From positions 1,696,001 through 1,760,000 of the forward strand of contig NZ_JAQNDL010000001.1 in assembly GCF_028368995.1 (NCBI RefSeq): a DNA stretch of 64,000 bases. Reading direction: 5' to 3'. Shown one piece after another: positions 26,085 to 36,671 of this stretch. A program made the translations under genes and the position numbers. This DNA is from Nannocystis bainbridge. Lineage in GTDB: Bacteria > Myxococcota_A > Polyangia > Nannocystales > Nannocystaceae. The notes below the pieces were generated by a model. It searched no databases. It was not told where the DNA came from and saw only the letters and a program-made list of their open reading frames with translations. The number at the start of each line of letters is the position of its first letter. Position 1 is the first letter of the stretch.

Positions 26085-26852
26085 TCACAGCAGCGTCGCG
26101 TAATCGAAGCCCGACTCGGTCACGAGGTGCACGCCCGGCGTCACCTCCACGAGCGGCGTCTCGCAGGTCGCGTCGATCGCCATGCGCGCGCCGTACAGCG
26201 GACCGGGCACCATGAACGGCGCCGACACGTGGGTGTCGAGCCGGCCGGAGATCCACAGCGTCGCGCCGACGGTGGTCTTGACGATCACCAGCGGGCTGTC
26301 GGCCGGCGTCGAGCCCTTGTTCCACGACTCGCTCCACTTCGGGCTCGCCGAGCTCGCGCCGATCTGGACGCTACAGTTTGCCCGCCCGTCGTAGAGGCCC
26401 GACCCGTCCCACGCGACCGACAGCTCGGCGCGGAAGGTCAGCGTCACCGGCGTGTTCTTCGGCAAGCTGGCGGAGGCGACCACGAAGCGATCGACGAAGC
26501 GGTTGCTGGTGTTGGCCGCGACCGCGGCGGGGAAGCTGGTCGCCTGGACCCGCGCGGCCTCGGCGGAGACGTGGCTGGACAGCGAACCCAGGTCGCTCCA
26601 GGCGAACGCCGCCGCGTCGGAGTAGAGGATCTGCGTGGAGTAATAGGCCCAGGTGGTGCCGGCCGGGTCGTGCTGCGCGTCGGCCGAGGTCTGGCCCGTC
26701 AGCGGCCCGACATACGCGGCCCCGCTGCCCGGCATGCCGCCGGTGACCGCGTGCGCGGTGACCGAGTAGTTCGGGCCCGCCGCCCGCGCCGGCGCGGCCG
26801 CTGCGAACGACGAGAGACAGGCGACAGCCACCGAGGTCGTCCAAAAGTGCAT
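26085..26852 (-). CDS. Secreted hypothetical beta-rich protein
   Basis: Signal peptide (MHFWTTSVAVACLSSFAAAAPARA) and GC3-rich codons. Confidence 0.7.
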   Translation of the reverse strand: MHFWTTSVAVACLSSFAAAAPARAAGPNYSVTAHAVTGGMPGSGAAYVGPLTGQTSADAQHDPAGTTWAYYSTQILYSDAAAFAWSDLGSLSSHVSAEAARVQATSFPAAVAANTSNRFVDRFVVASASLPKNTPVTLTFRAELSVAWDGSGLYDGRANCSVQIGASSASPKWSESWNKGSTPADSPLVIVKTTVGATLWISGRLDTHVSAPFMVPGPLYGARMAIDATCETPLVEVTPGVHLVTESGFDYATLL

Positions 26853-27018
26853 GCCCGGTGAGCGCCGTCAGCCAGCCCCGAGGATCGCGCCGGCCGACGC
26901 CGTGTGAACGCACGCGGCACGCCGTGAACCGGTTTGCCGCGCGGCCTACATGGAAATCCCGCCCGCGACCCGCGAGGGGCGGCGCTCGGCGCTCACCCAC
27001 GACTGATTCTGCTCTCAT

Positions 27019-27071
27019 GGACATGTCCATGAGAGCATGTACTTTTAAACATGTTTAATACGACATGTCCT
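27019..27071. repeat. 14-bp-phased RRACATGTYY palindrome array (4 units)
   Basis: Cores at 27022, 27036, 27050 and 27064, including GGACATGTCC and AAACATGTTT. Confidence 0.9.
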
Positions 27072-27135
27072 ATCGTTTCAATCGTTATCATCGGCAGCGC
27101 ACTGCCGGCCTCATGCGAGGTTGGCACGCGGCCGC

Positions 27136-30030
27136 TCAGCGCTCCTGCCCTGCAAGCCACGCCTCGACCTCGCGCAGCTGCCCTTGCGCCGCCGCCCCGA
27201 TCTCCCGAAACCCCTCCGCCGCAGCGCCGGCCTCCGCGAGCGCGCGGCTGCGGTCGCCGCCGGTAGCGACCAGCGCCCGCGCCAGATCGAAGTGCGCCTC
27301 CGGCTCGAGGTACTGCCGGCCCGCGCTGTCCTCATAAAGCCTCACCGCTCGCTCGAGCAGCGCCAGCGCCTCGCCCGGTCGGTCCTGCAAGTACAGGCGC
27401 CCGAGGCTGGCCAGGCTGACCGCCACGTTCGGGTGGTCGCGCCCGAGCGCCTTCTCCTTGATCGCCAGCGCTCGCTCGACCAGCGCGATCGCCTTGCCCG
27501 GGTCGCCCGTGGCCGCGTACACATTGGCCAGGTTGCCCAGCACGCGGGCCACGTCCGGGTGTTCGGGCCCCAGGCTGCGGCTCCAGATGGCGATCGCGCG
27601 CTCGTACAGCGCCTTGGCCCGCGCGTACGCCTTCGCCTCCACGTACACGTTGGCCAGGCCGTTGAGGCTGAACGCGATGTCGACGTGATCGCGGCCGAGC
27701 GCCGCCTCCTTGAGCGCCAGCCCGCGCTCGTGCAGCGCCGCCGCGGTCGTCAGGTCGCCCATCTTCGACGCCGCGCTGGCGAGGTTGCTCAGGCTCTCGG
27801 CCACCGCCGGGTGGTCCGGGCCCAGCGCCGCCTCCTGGATCACCAGCGCGCGCGCGTACAGCCGGTGCGCCGCCGCCAGCTCGCCGGCCTCGATGTGCGC
27901 GTGGCCCAGGTGCTGCAGCGACGCCGCCACGTCCGGGTGGGCCGGCCCGAGCGCCGCCACCGTCAGCGCCAGCGCCCGCTCGGCCTGCTCGCGCGCCGCC
28001 GCGAACGACCCCGCCGCCTGGTTCGTCATCGCCAGGTTGCTCAGCGTCGTCGCCACGTCCGGGTGCTCGCGGCCCAGCGCCGCCTCGCGGATCGCCAGCG
28101 CCTGCTCGTAGGCGCCGCGCGCCAGCGCATAGTCGCCGGCGACGTAGTGCAGCGCCGCCAGGCTGTTGAGCCGCTGGGCCTCGCGCAGCCGCTCGGGGTC
28201 GCCCGCGTGGGCCGCCGCGACCTCGGCGTGCTGGGCCCACGCGCGCGCCTCGGCCGGGCGCCGCTGCTTGTAGCCGACCAGGAACGTCAGCTCGGCGGCC
28301 GCCTGCGCCGCGACGTCCCACGCCCCCGCGCGCGCCGCCGCGAAGTAGGCCGCCGTGTCGGCCGCCGCCGCCCGGTCCGGCAGCGCCAGGCCGCGCGCCA
28401 GCTCGCCCTCGGCCGCGCGTGCATCCGCCACCAGCGGCGGCCAGGCCAGCGCCTCCGCCCGCGCGCGCGCCGGCTCGAGCCTCGCCAGGCCCTCCACGTA
28501 GCGCCCGGCGAGCCCGAGCGAGCGAGCCCGGGCCAGCTCCGCGCGCAGCTCCCCGACCTCGGCCCGGCCCTCGGTCGGCGGCGCGGGCAGCCGGCGCAGC
28601 AGCTCCGGGTCGACGCACGCCTCCACCCCGCGCAGGCTGGCCGCGGCCGCCACCGCCATCTGCACCGCCGTCCGGTCGGCGCGGGTCAGCTCGCCGATCA
28701 GCGACTCGATCGCCGAGCGCCGCTCGGCCAGGCACCACTCCGCGCGGTCGAACGTGCCGGCGTCCCAGCGGCCCTCGACCTCGACGCGCACGCAGGCGCG
28801 CGCGCGCGCCGACTGCCACGCGCGCACCTGGTCTTCGAGCCAGGTCGAGGTCCGGATCGCCGTCCACTCCGCCTGCGGGAACCCGGTCGCGCGGAACGCC
28901 AGCCGCAGGCGCTCGCGCGCGGCGGGGTTCCAGGTCGCGTCGAGCTCGCCCGCCTGCGCCGCGCAGCCGGCCAGCCGCCGCGCGTGGTCCCACTGGCGCA
29001 GGCCGACGATCGCCGTCACCGCCACCGCCACCGCCACCACGGTCGCCCCGAAGGCGCGCCGGCGGGCCCGCGCCTGGCCGCGGTCGAGCGCGGCCAGCAG
29101 CGCCGTCATCGACGGCCAGCGCCGCCCCGGCTCGTTCGCCAGCCCGCGCGCCAGCACCTGTCGCAGCCACGGCGGCGCCCGGCGGCCGCGCGGGGGCGCC
29201 CGCAGCAGCCCCGCCATCACCTGCGTCGCCAGCTCGATCGGCGTCTCGCCGGCGAACGGCCGCTCGCCGTACAGCAGCTCCCACGCCGTCACGCACCACG
29301 CGAACTGGTCGACCGCCGGCGTCGCCTCCAGCCCCATCCACTGCTCCGGCGCCATGTACCCCGGCGTGCCCTCGAGCGCGCCGACCCGGGTCAACCGCAG
29401 CGTCAGCAGATCGAGCCCCGTCGGCGCCGTCGTGTGGTCCGACAGACCCGGCGAAAGCACCGTCGGCTCGGGCGCTCGCCCGTGCGCCAGCCCGAAGTCC
29501 ATCACCCGCACGCGCCCGTCGCCGCCGACCATCACGTTGTCGGGCTTCAGATCGCGGTGCACCAGCCCCGCCGCGTGGGCCGCCTCGATCCCGCGGCCCG
29601 CCTCTCGCAACACCCGGAGCGCCTCCGGCCACGGCCTCGTCCGGCCCGCCGCCCACGTCCGCAGCGTCTGGCCCTCGATCAGCTCCATCGCGATCCACAC
29701 CCGCTCGCCGTGCGTGCCGGTGTCGTGGACCGCGACCACGTTCGGGTGCGACAGCTTGGCCAGCGCCTGGGCCTCGCGCAGCAGGCGGATCCGGTCGACC
29801 TCCGCGCTCTCGCGCTGGGCCCCGGGGATCACCAGCTTGATGGCGATCTTGCGCTCGAGCTCGGGGTCCCGCGCGGCGTACACCACCCCCATCCCGCCGA
29901 CGCCGAGCCGCTCGAGGATCGTGTAGCGGCCGATCCGCGCGCCCCGCGGCAGCTCGTCCTCGGACGCGAGCAGGGCCGGCTCCGAACGCACCGGGCTGGC
30001 CGTGGCCGCGGCGGTGGTGTCGAGCTGCAC
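27136..30030 (-). CDS. Ser/Thr protein kinase with TM segment and TPR repeats
   Basis: GVGGMGVVY, HRDLKPDN, DFG and GTPGYMAPE motifs, then LGxxHPDVAxxLxNL repeats. GTG 30030 chosen as start; 30084 is also possible. Confidence 0.92.
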   Translation of the reverse strand: MQLDTTAAATASPVRSEPALLASEDELPRGARIGRYTILERLGVGGMGVVYAARDPELERKIAIKLVIPGAQRESAEVDRIRLLREAQALAKLSHPNVVAVHDTGTHGERVWIAMELIEGQTLRTWAAGRTRPWPEALRVLREAGRGIEAAHAAGLVHRDLKPDNVMVGGDGRVRVMDFGLAHGRAPEPTVLSPGLSDHTTAPTGLDLLTLRLTRVGALEGTPGYMAPEQWMGLEATPAVDQFAWCVTAWELLYGERPFAGETPIELATQVMAGLLRAPPRGRRAPPWLRQVLARGLANEPGRRWPSMTALLAALDRGQARARRRAFGATVVAVAVAVTAIVGLRQWDHARRLAGCAAQAGELDATWNPAARERLRLAFRATGFPQAEWTAIRTSTWLEDQVRAWQSARARACVRVEVEGRWDAGTFDRAEWCLAERRSAIESLIGELTRADRTAVQMAVAAAASLRGVEACVDPELLRRLPAPPTEGRAEVGELRAELARARSLGLAGRYVEGLARLEPARARAEALAWPPLVADARAAEGELARGLALPDRAAAADTAAYFAAARAGAWDVAAQAAAELTFLVGYKQRRPAEARAWAQHAEVAAAHAGDPERLREAQRLNSLAALHYVAGDYALARGAYEQALAIREAALGREHPDVATTLSNLAMTNQAAGSFAAAREQAERALALTVAALGPAHPDVAASLQHLGHAHIEAGELAAAHRLYARALVIQEAALGPDHPAVAESLSNLASAASKMGDLTTAAALHERGLALKEAALGRDHVDIAFSLNGLANVYVEAKAYARAKALYERAIAIWSRSLGPEHPDVARVLGNLANVYAATGDPGKAIALVERALAIKEKALGRDHPNVAVSLASLGRLYLQDRPGEALALLERAVRLYEDSAGRQYLEPEAHFDLARALVATGGDRSRALAEAGAAAEGFREIGAAAQGQLREVEAWLAGQER

Positions 30031-30144
30031 GCGCCACCGTATCGCCCCGGCCCGCGCAATTGAAGGCCCGTTTTCGCCCGTCACGGCGCCGCGAGAGGAC
30101 CCGCGTCGGCGGGAGAGCCCGCAGGACCCGCCGGCAGCGATTCA

Positions 30145-30222
30145 TCGCATGCCCTCTCGGACATGTCCCTCACGACATTTTCAAAAGGACATGTCCTCAT
30201 GAACATGTCCATCCGACCATAA
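30145..30222. repeat. 14-bp-phased RRACATGTYY palindrome array (6 units)
   Basis: Cores at 30148, 30162, 30176, 30190, 30204 and 30218. Confidence 0.9.
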
Positions 30223-30284
30223 ACTCGGATCCGCCGACAAGTCGACACGCAGGTCCCGTCACTCCCGGGCGAGCCACGCGAACC

Positions 30285-30375
30285 CGGCCCGGCGCGACGC
30301 CCTCACGTCTCCGGGCAGCACCCCGCACGAGCACGGCCCGGCGCGACGCCTTCGCGTCTCCGGGCAGCACCCCGC
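30285..30375. repeat. 42-bp direct repeat x2 (49-bp period)
   Basis: CGGCCCGGCGCGACGCCyTCrCGTCTCCGGGCAGCACCCCGC at 30285 and 30334. Confidence 0.75.
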
Positions 30376-30511
30376 CCACGTCCCGACCCTCACGAGCTCG
30401 GCCCGCGTCCACGAAGAACGTGCCGCCGTGGGCTCGCACGAACACGCCGTCGTGCTGGCTGACCGCGCCGGTGAAGGCGCCCTTCTCGTCGGATCCGTAT
30501 CGAGTCAGGCC

Positions 30512-30853
30512 TCACGCGCGACTCGTCGTCGTGAGCCCCGCCAGCGCCTCTGCCAGCTCCGCCCGCGACGGCCGCGCCAGCTGGCCGACCACCTCGCCGT
30601 CGCGCATCAGCACGAAGTTCGGCCACAGCTTGACCCGGAACGAGCGCCCCAGCGGTCGCCCCGGCCCGTCCTCCACCTTCACGTGCTCGACCTCGGCGTG
30701 CTCGGCCAGCAGCGACTTCACCCCCGGCGCCGCGGCCGAGCAGTGGCCGCACCACGCGGTCCCGAACTCGACGAGCACGAGCCCGCTCCGCTGGTTCAGT
30801 TGCTCGCGAGTCGGCGCTCGCTCGGAGTCCAGGTACTGGGTCGCAAAGGCCAT
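30512..30853 (-). CDS. Thioredoxin family protein
   Basis: EFGTAWCGHC active site and RVKLWPNFV cis-Pro loop. Confidence 0.9.
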   Translation of the reverse strand: MAFATQYLDSERAPTREQLNQRSGLVLVEFGTAWCGHCSAAAPGVKSLLAEHAEVEHVKVEDGPGRPLGRSFRVKLWPNFVLMRDGEVVGQLARPSRAELAEALAGLTTTSRA

Positions 30854-31125
30854 GGTGGTGGCATTGTGACCGCTTTCTCCGGCCCGGCACGCCCGCCACC
30901 CAGGGCCGCCCCCGCGCGCCCGCGCGGCTCCCGACGCGCCCGACCGGCCTCGTCGGCATCGCCCGCCCGCCGATGGCGCGCGCCGTCCATGGTGAAATCA
31001 TCGGACATGCCGCGCCCGCTCCTCCCACCCCGAGCGCGAGCGACCTCTCCCGAGTCGCATTCCTGCGAGCCTGGCTCGCACAAACGCGACGAGGTGCGCG
31101 CTTCGCCTCGCGTACCATGCTCCGC

Positions 31126-31860
31126 ATGGCCCTGCCAGCACGATCGCGCGCAACTCCTCCGACTCGTCGCCTCCCGTCGCGCCCCCTCGCGCCCGCGCTG
31201 GCGTGCCTGCTCGCGTTCGGCTGCGGCGGCTCTGGCACCCCCGACACCTCCGCGACCATCGAGCCGACCAGCAGCCCCGCCACCACCGACACCGAAAGCA
31301 CCAGCGGCACCAGCGGCACCCCGACCACTGGCGGCACCCCGACCACCGGCGGCACCGACGATACCGGCGCCAGCACCGGCGGCGAACCCGGCACCTGCGC
31401 CGCGCTGTGCCAGCGCACCGTCGAATGCGAAGTCCCCACCACCCCGGAGCAGTGCGAGGCCGACTGCGAGGCCGCCGACGCGACCCTGCGCGCCTGCGTG
31501 ACCGCCTGCGACCAGCCGATCTGCGACGACTTGCTGGACTGCACCAGCAACTGCGCGCACCAGGGCGACCCGAACGCCACCCCGTACGCCTTCTGCAACG
31601 AAGACGCCTCGACCTGCCAGCCCGGCGTCTACCTCTGCCTCCACAGCGCCCACGACGGCCTCGAGTTCTCGGTCTGCACCCCCTTCTGCGGCGACGACGA
31701 CAGCTGCCCGATCCCCGCCACCGGCACCGCCACCCCCGTGTGCGACCTCGACGGCGAGCCCAGCCTCTGCTCGCTCGATTGCAGCCAGGGCCAGCAGTGC
31801 CCGGACGACATGACCTGCGACCTCATGGGCTCCGGCATGTGCATGTGGCCGGTCGGCTGA
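31126..31860 (+). CDS. Cys-rich lipoprotein with a Thr/Gly linker
   Basis: Lipobox AFGC, GTPTTG repeats and about 20 Cys. The start could be 31117 or 31126. Confidence 0.78.
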   Translation: MALPARSRATPPTRRLPSRPLAPALACLLAFGCGGSGTPDTSATIEPTSSPATTDTESTSGTSGTPTTGGTPTTGGTDDTGASTGGEPGTCAALCQRTVECEVPTTPEQCEADCEAADATLRACVTACDQPICDDLLDCTSNCAHQGDPNATPYAFCNEDASTCQPGVYLCLHSAHDGLEFSVCTPFCGDDDSCPIPATGTATPVCDLDGEPSLCSLDCSQGQQCPDDMTCDLMGSGMCMWPVG

Positions 31861-31944
31861 CCCGCGCGACGCTTCACCGCGAGCCGCTCCGCGCACGGCG
31901 AGCCGCAAGCGACTCGCCGCCCGTCGGCGTTCACCGCCTCGCCG

Positions 31945-33264
31945 TCACCACGGCCACGGCAGCGAGACGCCGCACAGGAAGTTGTCGTCCCACGTATAGG
32001 GATCGGCGTACTCGTTCCAGTGCACGCAGCTGTTGCCGGCCGCAGGGCCGTCGTTCCGCCAGGTGAAGAGCCACTTGCTGTTCGTCGGCACGCACAGATA
32101 ATTGTCGGACCACGCATGCGGGTCGAGCGGCTCGACGATCTGCGTGCAGCGCATGCCGGCGATCGGCCCGGCCATCGACCACTGCGCGCCGATGTTCTGG
32201 TCGGAGCAGAAGTAGTTGTCTTCCCACGTGTGCGGGTCCGAGCCCTCGCCGATCTGGACGCAGTGCTTGCCCGCGAGCGGCCCCGACGACGACCAGGACA
32301 GCGTCTGGCGGTCGCCGTAGAGCCACTGGATCCCGAGCATGTCGTCGTACCGGAGGTTGGGCTTCGGATCGTTGTAAAAGGCGTACATCACCGCGTCCGT
32401 GTCGTCGGAGTGATTGAGCCCCAGCGCGTGGCCGATCTCGTGCAGCGCCACCGAGCGCAGATCGGTCAGCCCGGCGCCGCCGCCGAGGTTCCAGGTCTCG
32501 TCCTCGTCGAAGTGGACGTCGCCCAGGATGCCGTCGCCCGGCGGCCACGCGTGGGCGAGCACGCCGCCCGCGCCGTTGAACGGCCAGTTGTCGCCGTGAT
32601 TGCCGGCGCCGAAGCTGATCTCGATCTCGGCGTCGTTCTCCTCGTAAAACCGCAGGTTTGTCACCCCGCCCCAGCGCGCGAACGCCTCGGCGATGGCAGC
32701 CCGCGTGTCGGCCTGCGACAGGTCGCCGGTGAAGCTGCGAAAGCGATAACGGACCTGGTTGCTGCCCCAGGTGCTGCCGGACGTGTTGTAGTTGGAGCCG
32801 CCCTTCCGCGCGTGGGGAGTCTCGTAATAATCGGGGATCCCACACCGCGGAACGGCCATGAGCCGCTGGGTCTCGGCGTTCAGGGTGCCGTCGGCGACCA
32901 GCCCGTGGGCCTCCTGGAACCGCACGACGGCCTCGGCGAGCACTTCGTCGAAGACCTCGGGGTCGGCCGGCTCCTCGGTGAACACCGGCTTCCAGCCGGG
33001 CAGGTGCTCGAGCGCGGGGTTGGGGAAATAGCCGTAGCGCTTGAGGTAAGCGTGCGCCTGCGCGACCTCCTCGCCGCGATCGCCGAGCCCCGGCTCGGGC
33101 GTGGGATCGTCGGCGATGACATCGGCGACGGCGTCGAGGCCAGCGCCGTCGTCCTCGTCGATCGCGGGCAGCTCGCCCTCGGCGACGCACGAAACTGTGA
33201 GGCCAGCACACGCGAGCGCCACGAGACCACGCCGCGCAGGACTACCATGAATGAATGCATGCAT
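31945..33264 (-). CDS. Matrixin (M10, MMP-like) zinc metalloprotease with PG-binding-type prodomain and triple Cys/Trp C-terminal repeat
   Basis: Cysteine switch PRCGIPD, HEIGHALGLNH zinc motif, Met-turn AVMYA and GDVHFDEDETW. Confidence 0.92.
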   Translation of the reverse strand: MHAFIHGSPARRGLVALACAGLTVSCVAEGELPAIDEDDGAGLDAVADVIADDPTPEPGLGDRGEEVAQAHAYLKRYGYFPNPALEHLPGWKPVFTEEPADPEVFDEVLAEAVVRFQEAHGLVADGTLNAETQRLMAVPRCGIPDYYETPHARKGGSNYNTSGSTWGSNQVRYRFRSFTGDLSQADTRAAIAEAFARWGGVTNLRFYEENDAEIEISFGAGNHGDNWPFNGAGGVLAHAWPPGDGILGDVHFDEDETWNLGGGAGLTDLRSVALHEIGHALGLNHSDDTDAVMYAFYNDPKPNLRYDDMLGIQWLYGDRQTLSWSSSGPLAGKHCVQIGEGSDPHTWEDNYFCSDQNIGAQWSMAGPIAGMRCTQIVEPLDPHAWSDNYLCVPTNSKWLFTWRNDGPAAGNSCVHWNEYADPYTWDDNFLCGVSLPWPW

Positions 33265-33545
33265 GTCTAAAGTGTCTCTTTCTCAGGGTAAATGCCCCGA
33301 CAACGCCGGGGCCGAGTTCATGGAATATGCGGCGGGCCAGGGCGGTCCGGATCACCGCAGTCGCTGCAAGATCGACGCGAAGGCCCATCAAGGCAGCGAA
33401 CGGGCCGCAGCCCGGCGCAATCACCCCGTGGACAACCGCACGCCCGTCGGCTGCGTCGCCTGAAACCTCTCTGCGGCCCCCGGGTCATGCGGTTCGCCGA
33501 CGCGCCTCGCGCGGTGCGCGGTACGCCCGGCGAGCCACCGCCCAA

Positions 33546-36233
33546 TCATAGGACTGGCGATTGGCCAGAGCGCATGTCGCCCTCACCCCGCGTCGCGAAC
33601 TGGCGCCGCAGGTACGGCGCCGTGCGGCTGTCCTGCGCCTCGCACACGACCCGCGGCGGCCCGCTGGCGACCACCCGACCGCCGGCATCGCCCGCGCCCG
33701 GGCCGATGTCGATCACCCAGTCGCAGGCCGCGACGATGCGCAGGTCGTGCTCGACCAGCACCACCGTGTTGCCGCGATCGACCAGGCCCTGCAGGCGCGC
33801 CATCAGCTTGTCGACATCGGCCGGGTGCAGGCCCGTGCTCGGCTCGTCGAGCACGTACAGCGTGTCGCCGCGCTGCGCCCGCTGCAGCTCGGTCGCCAGC
33901 TTGATCCGCTGGGCCTCGCCGCCCGACAGCTCCGTCGCCGGCTGACCGAGCCGGAGATAGCCGAGGCCGATGTCATGAAGCAGCGCCAGCGGACGGTGCA
34001 CCACGGCCTCGTCGGCGAAGAACGCCTGCGCCTCGTCGACCGTCATGCGCAGGACCTCGGCGATGTTCTTGCCGCCCCACGTCACCTGCAGCGTCTTGTC
34101 GTTGTAGCGCGCGCCCTGGCAGGTCGGGCACGGCGCGTACACGCTCGGCATGAACAGCAGCTCGACGCTGACGAAGCCCTCGCCCTCGCAGGTGTCGCAG
34201 CGGCCGCCGGCGACGTTGAACGAGAAGCGACCGGCGTCGTAGCGGCGCGCCCGCGCCGTCGGCGTGGCGGCGAACAGCTTGCGCACGGCGTCGAAGAGGC
34301 CGGTATAGGTGGCGAGGTTCGAGCGCGGGGTGCGACCGATCGGCCGCTGGTCCACGCGCACGAGCCGGCGCAGAGCCTCGCCGCCGGCGTGGATCTTTCC
34401 GCTCGTGGCGCTCTTGACCTGCGGCCCCGCGGCGACGTCGTCCTCCTCCTCTTCGGCGCCGCCGGCCTGGCCGAGGTGCTCGCCGACCAGCTCGACCAGC
34501 GCCTGACTGACGAGGCTCGACTTGCCCGAACCCGACACGCCGGTCACCGCCGTCAACGCGCCGAGCGGGAATCGGACGTCGAGCCCGCGCAGGTTGTTGC
34601 GAGTGACGCCGCGCAGCTCGAGCCAGCCCGTCGGGGTCCGCGGCGCCCTCGTCCCGGCGACCGGCGGCGCGAACAGATAACGCGCCGTCTGCGAACCAAC
34701 CACGCCCGCGAGCCCCGCCGGCGGCCCGCTGTAGAGCACCTCGCCGCCGTGCTGGCCGGCCCCGGGCCCGACGTCGATCAGCCAGTCGGCGCGGCGCATG
34801 GTGTCGAGGTCGTGCTCGACCACGAACAGCGAGTTGCCGGCGCGCAGCAATTGCTCGAGCGCCCGCAGCAGCGCCTCGTTGTCGGCCGGGTGCAGGCCGG
34901 CGGTCGGCTCGTCGAGCACGTAGACCACGCCGAACAGGTTGGAGTGGAGCTGGGTCGCCAGCCGCAGCCGCTGCAATTCACCGGAGGACAAGGTCGGCGT
35001 GGTGCGATCGAGCGCGAGGTAGCCGAGGCCGAGCTGCTGCAAGGTGGCGATCCGCCCGAGCAGCTCGTGGGCGATGCGCTGGGCCGCGAGCTGCTTCTCG
35101 GGCGAGAGGTCGGGCGTGCGCCGCACGTCGGGCGCACCCGCGTGGGCCGAGCCGCCAGCCGCGACGCGACGGGCCCGATCGCGCTGCCCGGCGGTCCGAC
35201 TGCGCACCGCCTTGCCGCCCACGGCGGCCATTTCGAAGCGACCCTCGGCGGCGGGCTTCAGGACCTCGGCCAGGCGATCGAGCGGCAGCTGCGACAGCTC
35301 GCCGATGTCGAGCCCGGCGAAGGTGACGGCCAGCGCCTCGGGCTTGAGACGCTTGCCGTGACACACCGGACAGACGGTGCCGGTCATGAACCGGGCCACG
35401 CGCTTCTTCATCAGCGCGCTCTGGGTGGTGGCGAAGGTGTGAAGCACGTAGCGGCGCGCGCCCATGAAGGTGCCCTGGTAGCTCGGCTCGAGCTTGCGCT
35501 TGAGCGCCGCGCGCGTCTCGGCGGGCGTGAAGCCGGCGTACACCGGCACAGTCGGCTGCTCCTCGGTGTAGAGGATCCACTCGCGGTCCTTCTTCGGCAG
35601 CTCGCGCCACGGCCGGTCGACGTCGTAGCCGAGGGTCACAAGGATGTCGCGCAGGTTCTGCCCGTGCCATGCCGGCGGCCACGAGGCGATCGCCCGCTCG
35701 CGGATCGATTTGCCGTCGTCAGGCACCATCGATCGCTCGCTGACGTCGTAGACGTTGCCGAGGCCGTGACAGTTCGGACAGGCGCCCTGGCTGGTGTTGG
35801 GCGAGAAGTCCTCGGCGTACAGCATCGGCTGCTTGGCCGGGTAGCTGCCGGCGCGCGAGTAGAGCAGGCGGATCTGGCTCGAGAGGGTGGTGACGCTGCC
35901 GACCGAGGAGCGCACGCTCGGCGCGCCGCGTTGCTGCTGCAAGGCCACCGCCGGCGGCAGTCCGTCGATGCTGTCGACGTCGGGCACGCCGACCTGGTCG
36001 ATGAGGCGGCGAGCGTACGGCGCGACCGACTCGAAGTAGCGCCGCTGCGCCTCGGCGTACAGCGTGCCGAACGCGAGCGAGGACTTGCCCGAGCCGGAGA
36101 CGCCCGAGAACACGACAAAGGCGTCGCGCGGGACATCGACGTCGATATTTTTTAAATTGTGCTCGCGCGCGCCGCGGACGCGGACGCAGCGCATGGCGGA
36201 CGGGGCAGCAGCGGGGTCGTCGGACCGTTGCAT
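33546..36233 (-). CDS. uvrA: UvrA-family ABC ATPase (class II, UvrA2-like paralog)
   Basis: GAREHNLKNI, two GVSGSGKSS Walker A motifs, CxxC zinc fingers and LSGGEAQRIKLA. It is shorter than canonical UvrA in the UvrB-binding region. Confidence 0.88.
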   Translation of the reverse strand: MQRSDDPAAAPSAMRCVRVRGAREHNLKNIDVDVPRDAFVVFSGVSGSGKSSLAFGTLYAEAQRRYFESVAPYARRLIDQVGVPDVDSIDGLPPAVALQQQRGAPSVRSSVGSVTTLSSQIRLLYSRAGSYPAKQPMLYAEDFSPNTSQGACPNCHGLGNVYDVSERSMVPDDGKSIRERAIASWPPAWHGQNLRDILVTLGYDVDRPWRELPKKDREWILYTEEQPTVPVYAGFTPAETRAALKRKLEPSYQGTFMGARRYVLHTFATTQSALMKKRVARFMTGTVCPVCHGKRLKPEALAVTFAGLDIGELSQLPLDRLAEVLKPAAEGRFEMAAVGGKAVRSRTAGQRDRARRVAAGGSAHAGAPDVRRTPDLSPEKQLAAQRIAHELLGRIATLQQLGLGYLALDRTTPTLSSGELQRLRLATQLHSNLFGVVYVLDEPTAGLHPADNEALLRALEQLLRAGNSLFVVEHDLDTMRRADWLIDVGPGAGQHGGEVLYSGPPAGLAGVVGSQTARYLFAPPVAGTRAPRTPTGWLELRGVTRNNLRGLDVRFPLGALTAVTGVSGSGKSSLVSQALVELVGEHLGQAGGAEEEEDDVAAGPQVKSATSGKIHAGGEALRRLVRVDQRPIGRTPRSNLATYTGLFDAVRKLFAATPTARARRYDAGRFSFNVAGGRCDTCEGEGFVSVELLFMPSVYAPCPTCQGARYNDKTLQVTWGGKNIAEVLRMTVDEAQAFFADEAVVHRPLALLHDIGLGYLRLGQPATELSGGEAQRIKLATELQRAQRGDTLYVLDEPSTGLHPADVDKLMARLQGLVDRGNTVVLVEHDLRIVAACDWVIDIGPGAGDAGGRVVASGPPRVVCEAQDSRTAPYLRRQFATRGEGDMRSGQSPVL

Positions 36234-36403
36234 GTCGGGCGCAGCCTACCCCCGAACGGCGCCGACGCCGACATCCCGGCCAACACCGCCGCAGCCCCGC
36301 CCGCCCGCGCCAGGCCGGGCGACGGCGAAGCCAGCACGGCGGAGAACGCGGACGGCCGAGCCGGGGACCGCTGTCACGACCGGTCAGGCTCGCCGCGACT
36401 GGA

Positions 36404-36620
36404 GAACATAAACCATCGGACATGTTCTCATCAACATGTCCTCATGGCCATCCGTCGAGGCCATGCTCGCTCTGCGACGGACCGCCTCGGGCACATGTCC
36501 CCACGAACATGTGTTGAAGCACAACATCGAGGTCGTGCTGATGCCCTCATGAGGTCGCCCTGCACGGCGAAGGACCACGAAAATACATGTCCTCGGGGAC
36601 ATGTCTCATCGAGCATACAA
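36404..36620. repeat. RRACATGTYY arrays (three phased blocks)
   Basis: Cores at 36407, 36421, 36435, 36449; 36494, 36508; and 36586, 36600, 36614. Confidence 0.88.
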
Positions 36621-36671
36621 GAAGCTCGCTCCGCGGCGAAGCGGGCCGCAGCAGGTCGGTTACCCCGACGC

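Noticed and set aside
27019-27071. Match of GGACATGTCC to the eukaryotic p53 half-site RRRCWWGYYY
   Set aside because: The match is real but probably coincidental. The context is entirely bacterial and no p53-like gene is visible.
33255-33270. Isolated CATG-rich sites (33258-33266, 59124 and single ACATGT hexamers inside CDSs)
   Set aside because: No 14-bp-phased neighbours, so they were not counted as arrays.
36234-36470. SOS/LexA box upstream of the uvrA-like gene
   Set aside because: I see no recognisable LexA box. The motifs there belong to the window-wide palindrome arrays, which also flank non-repair genes.
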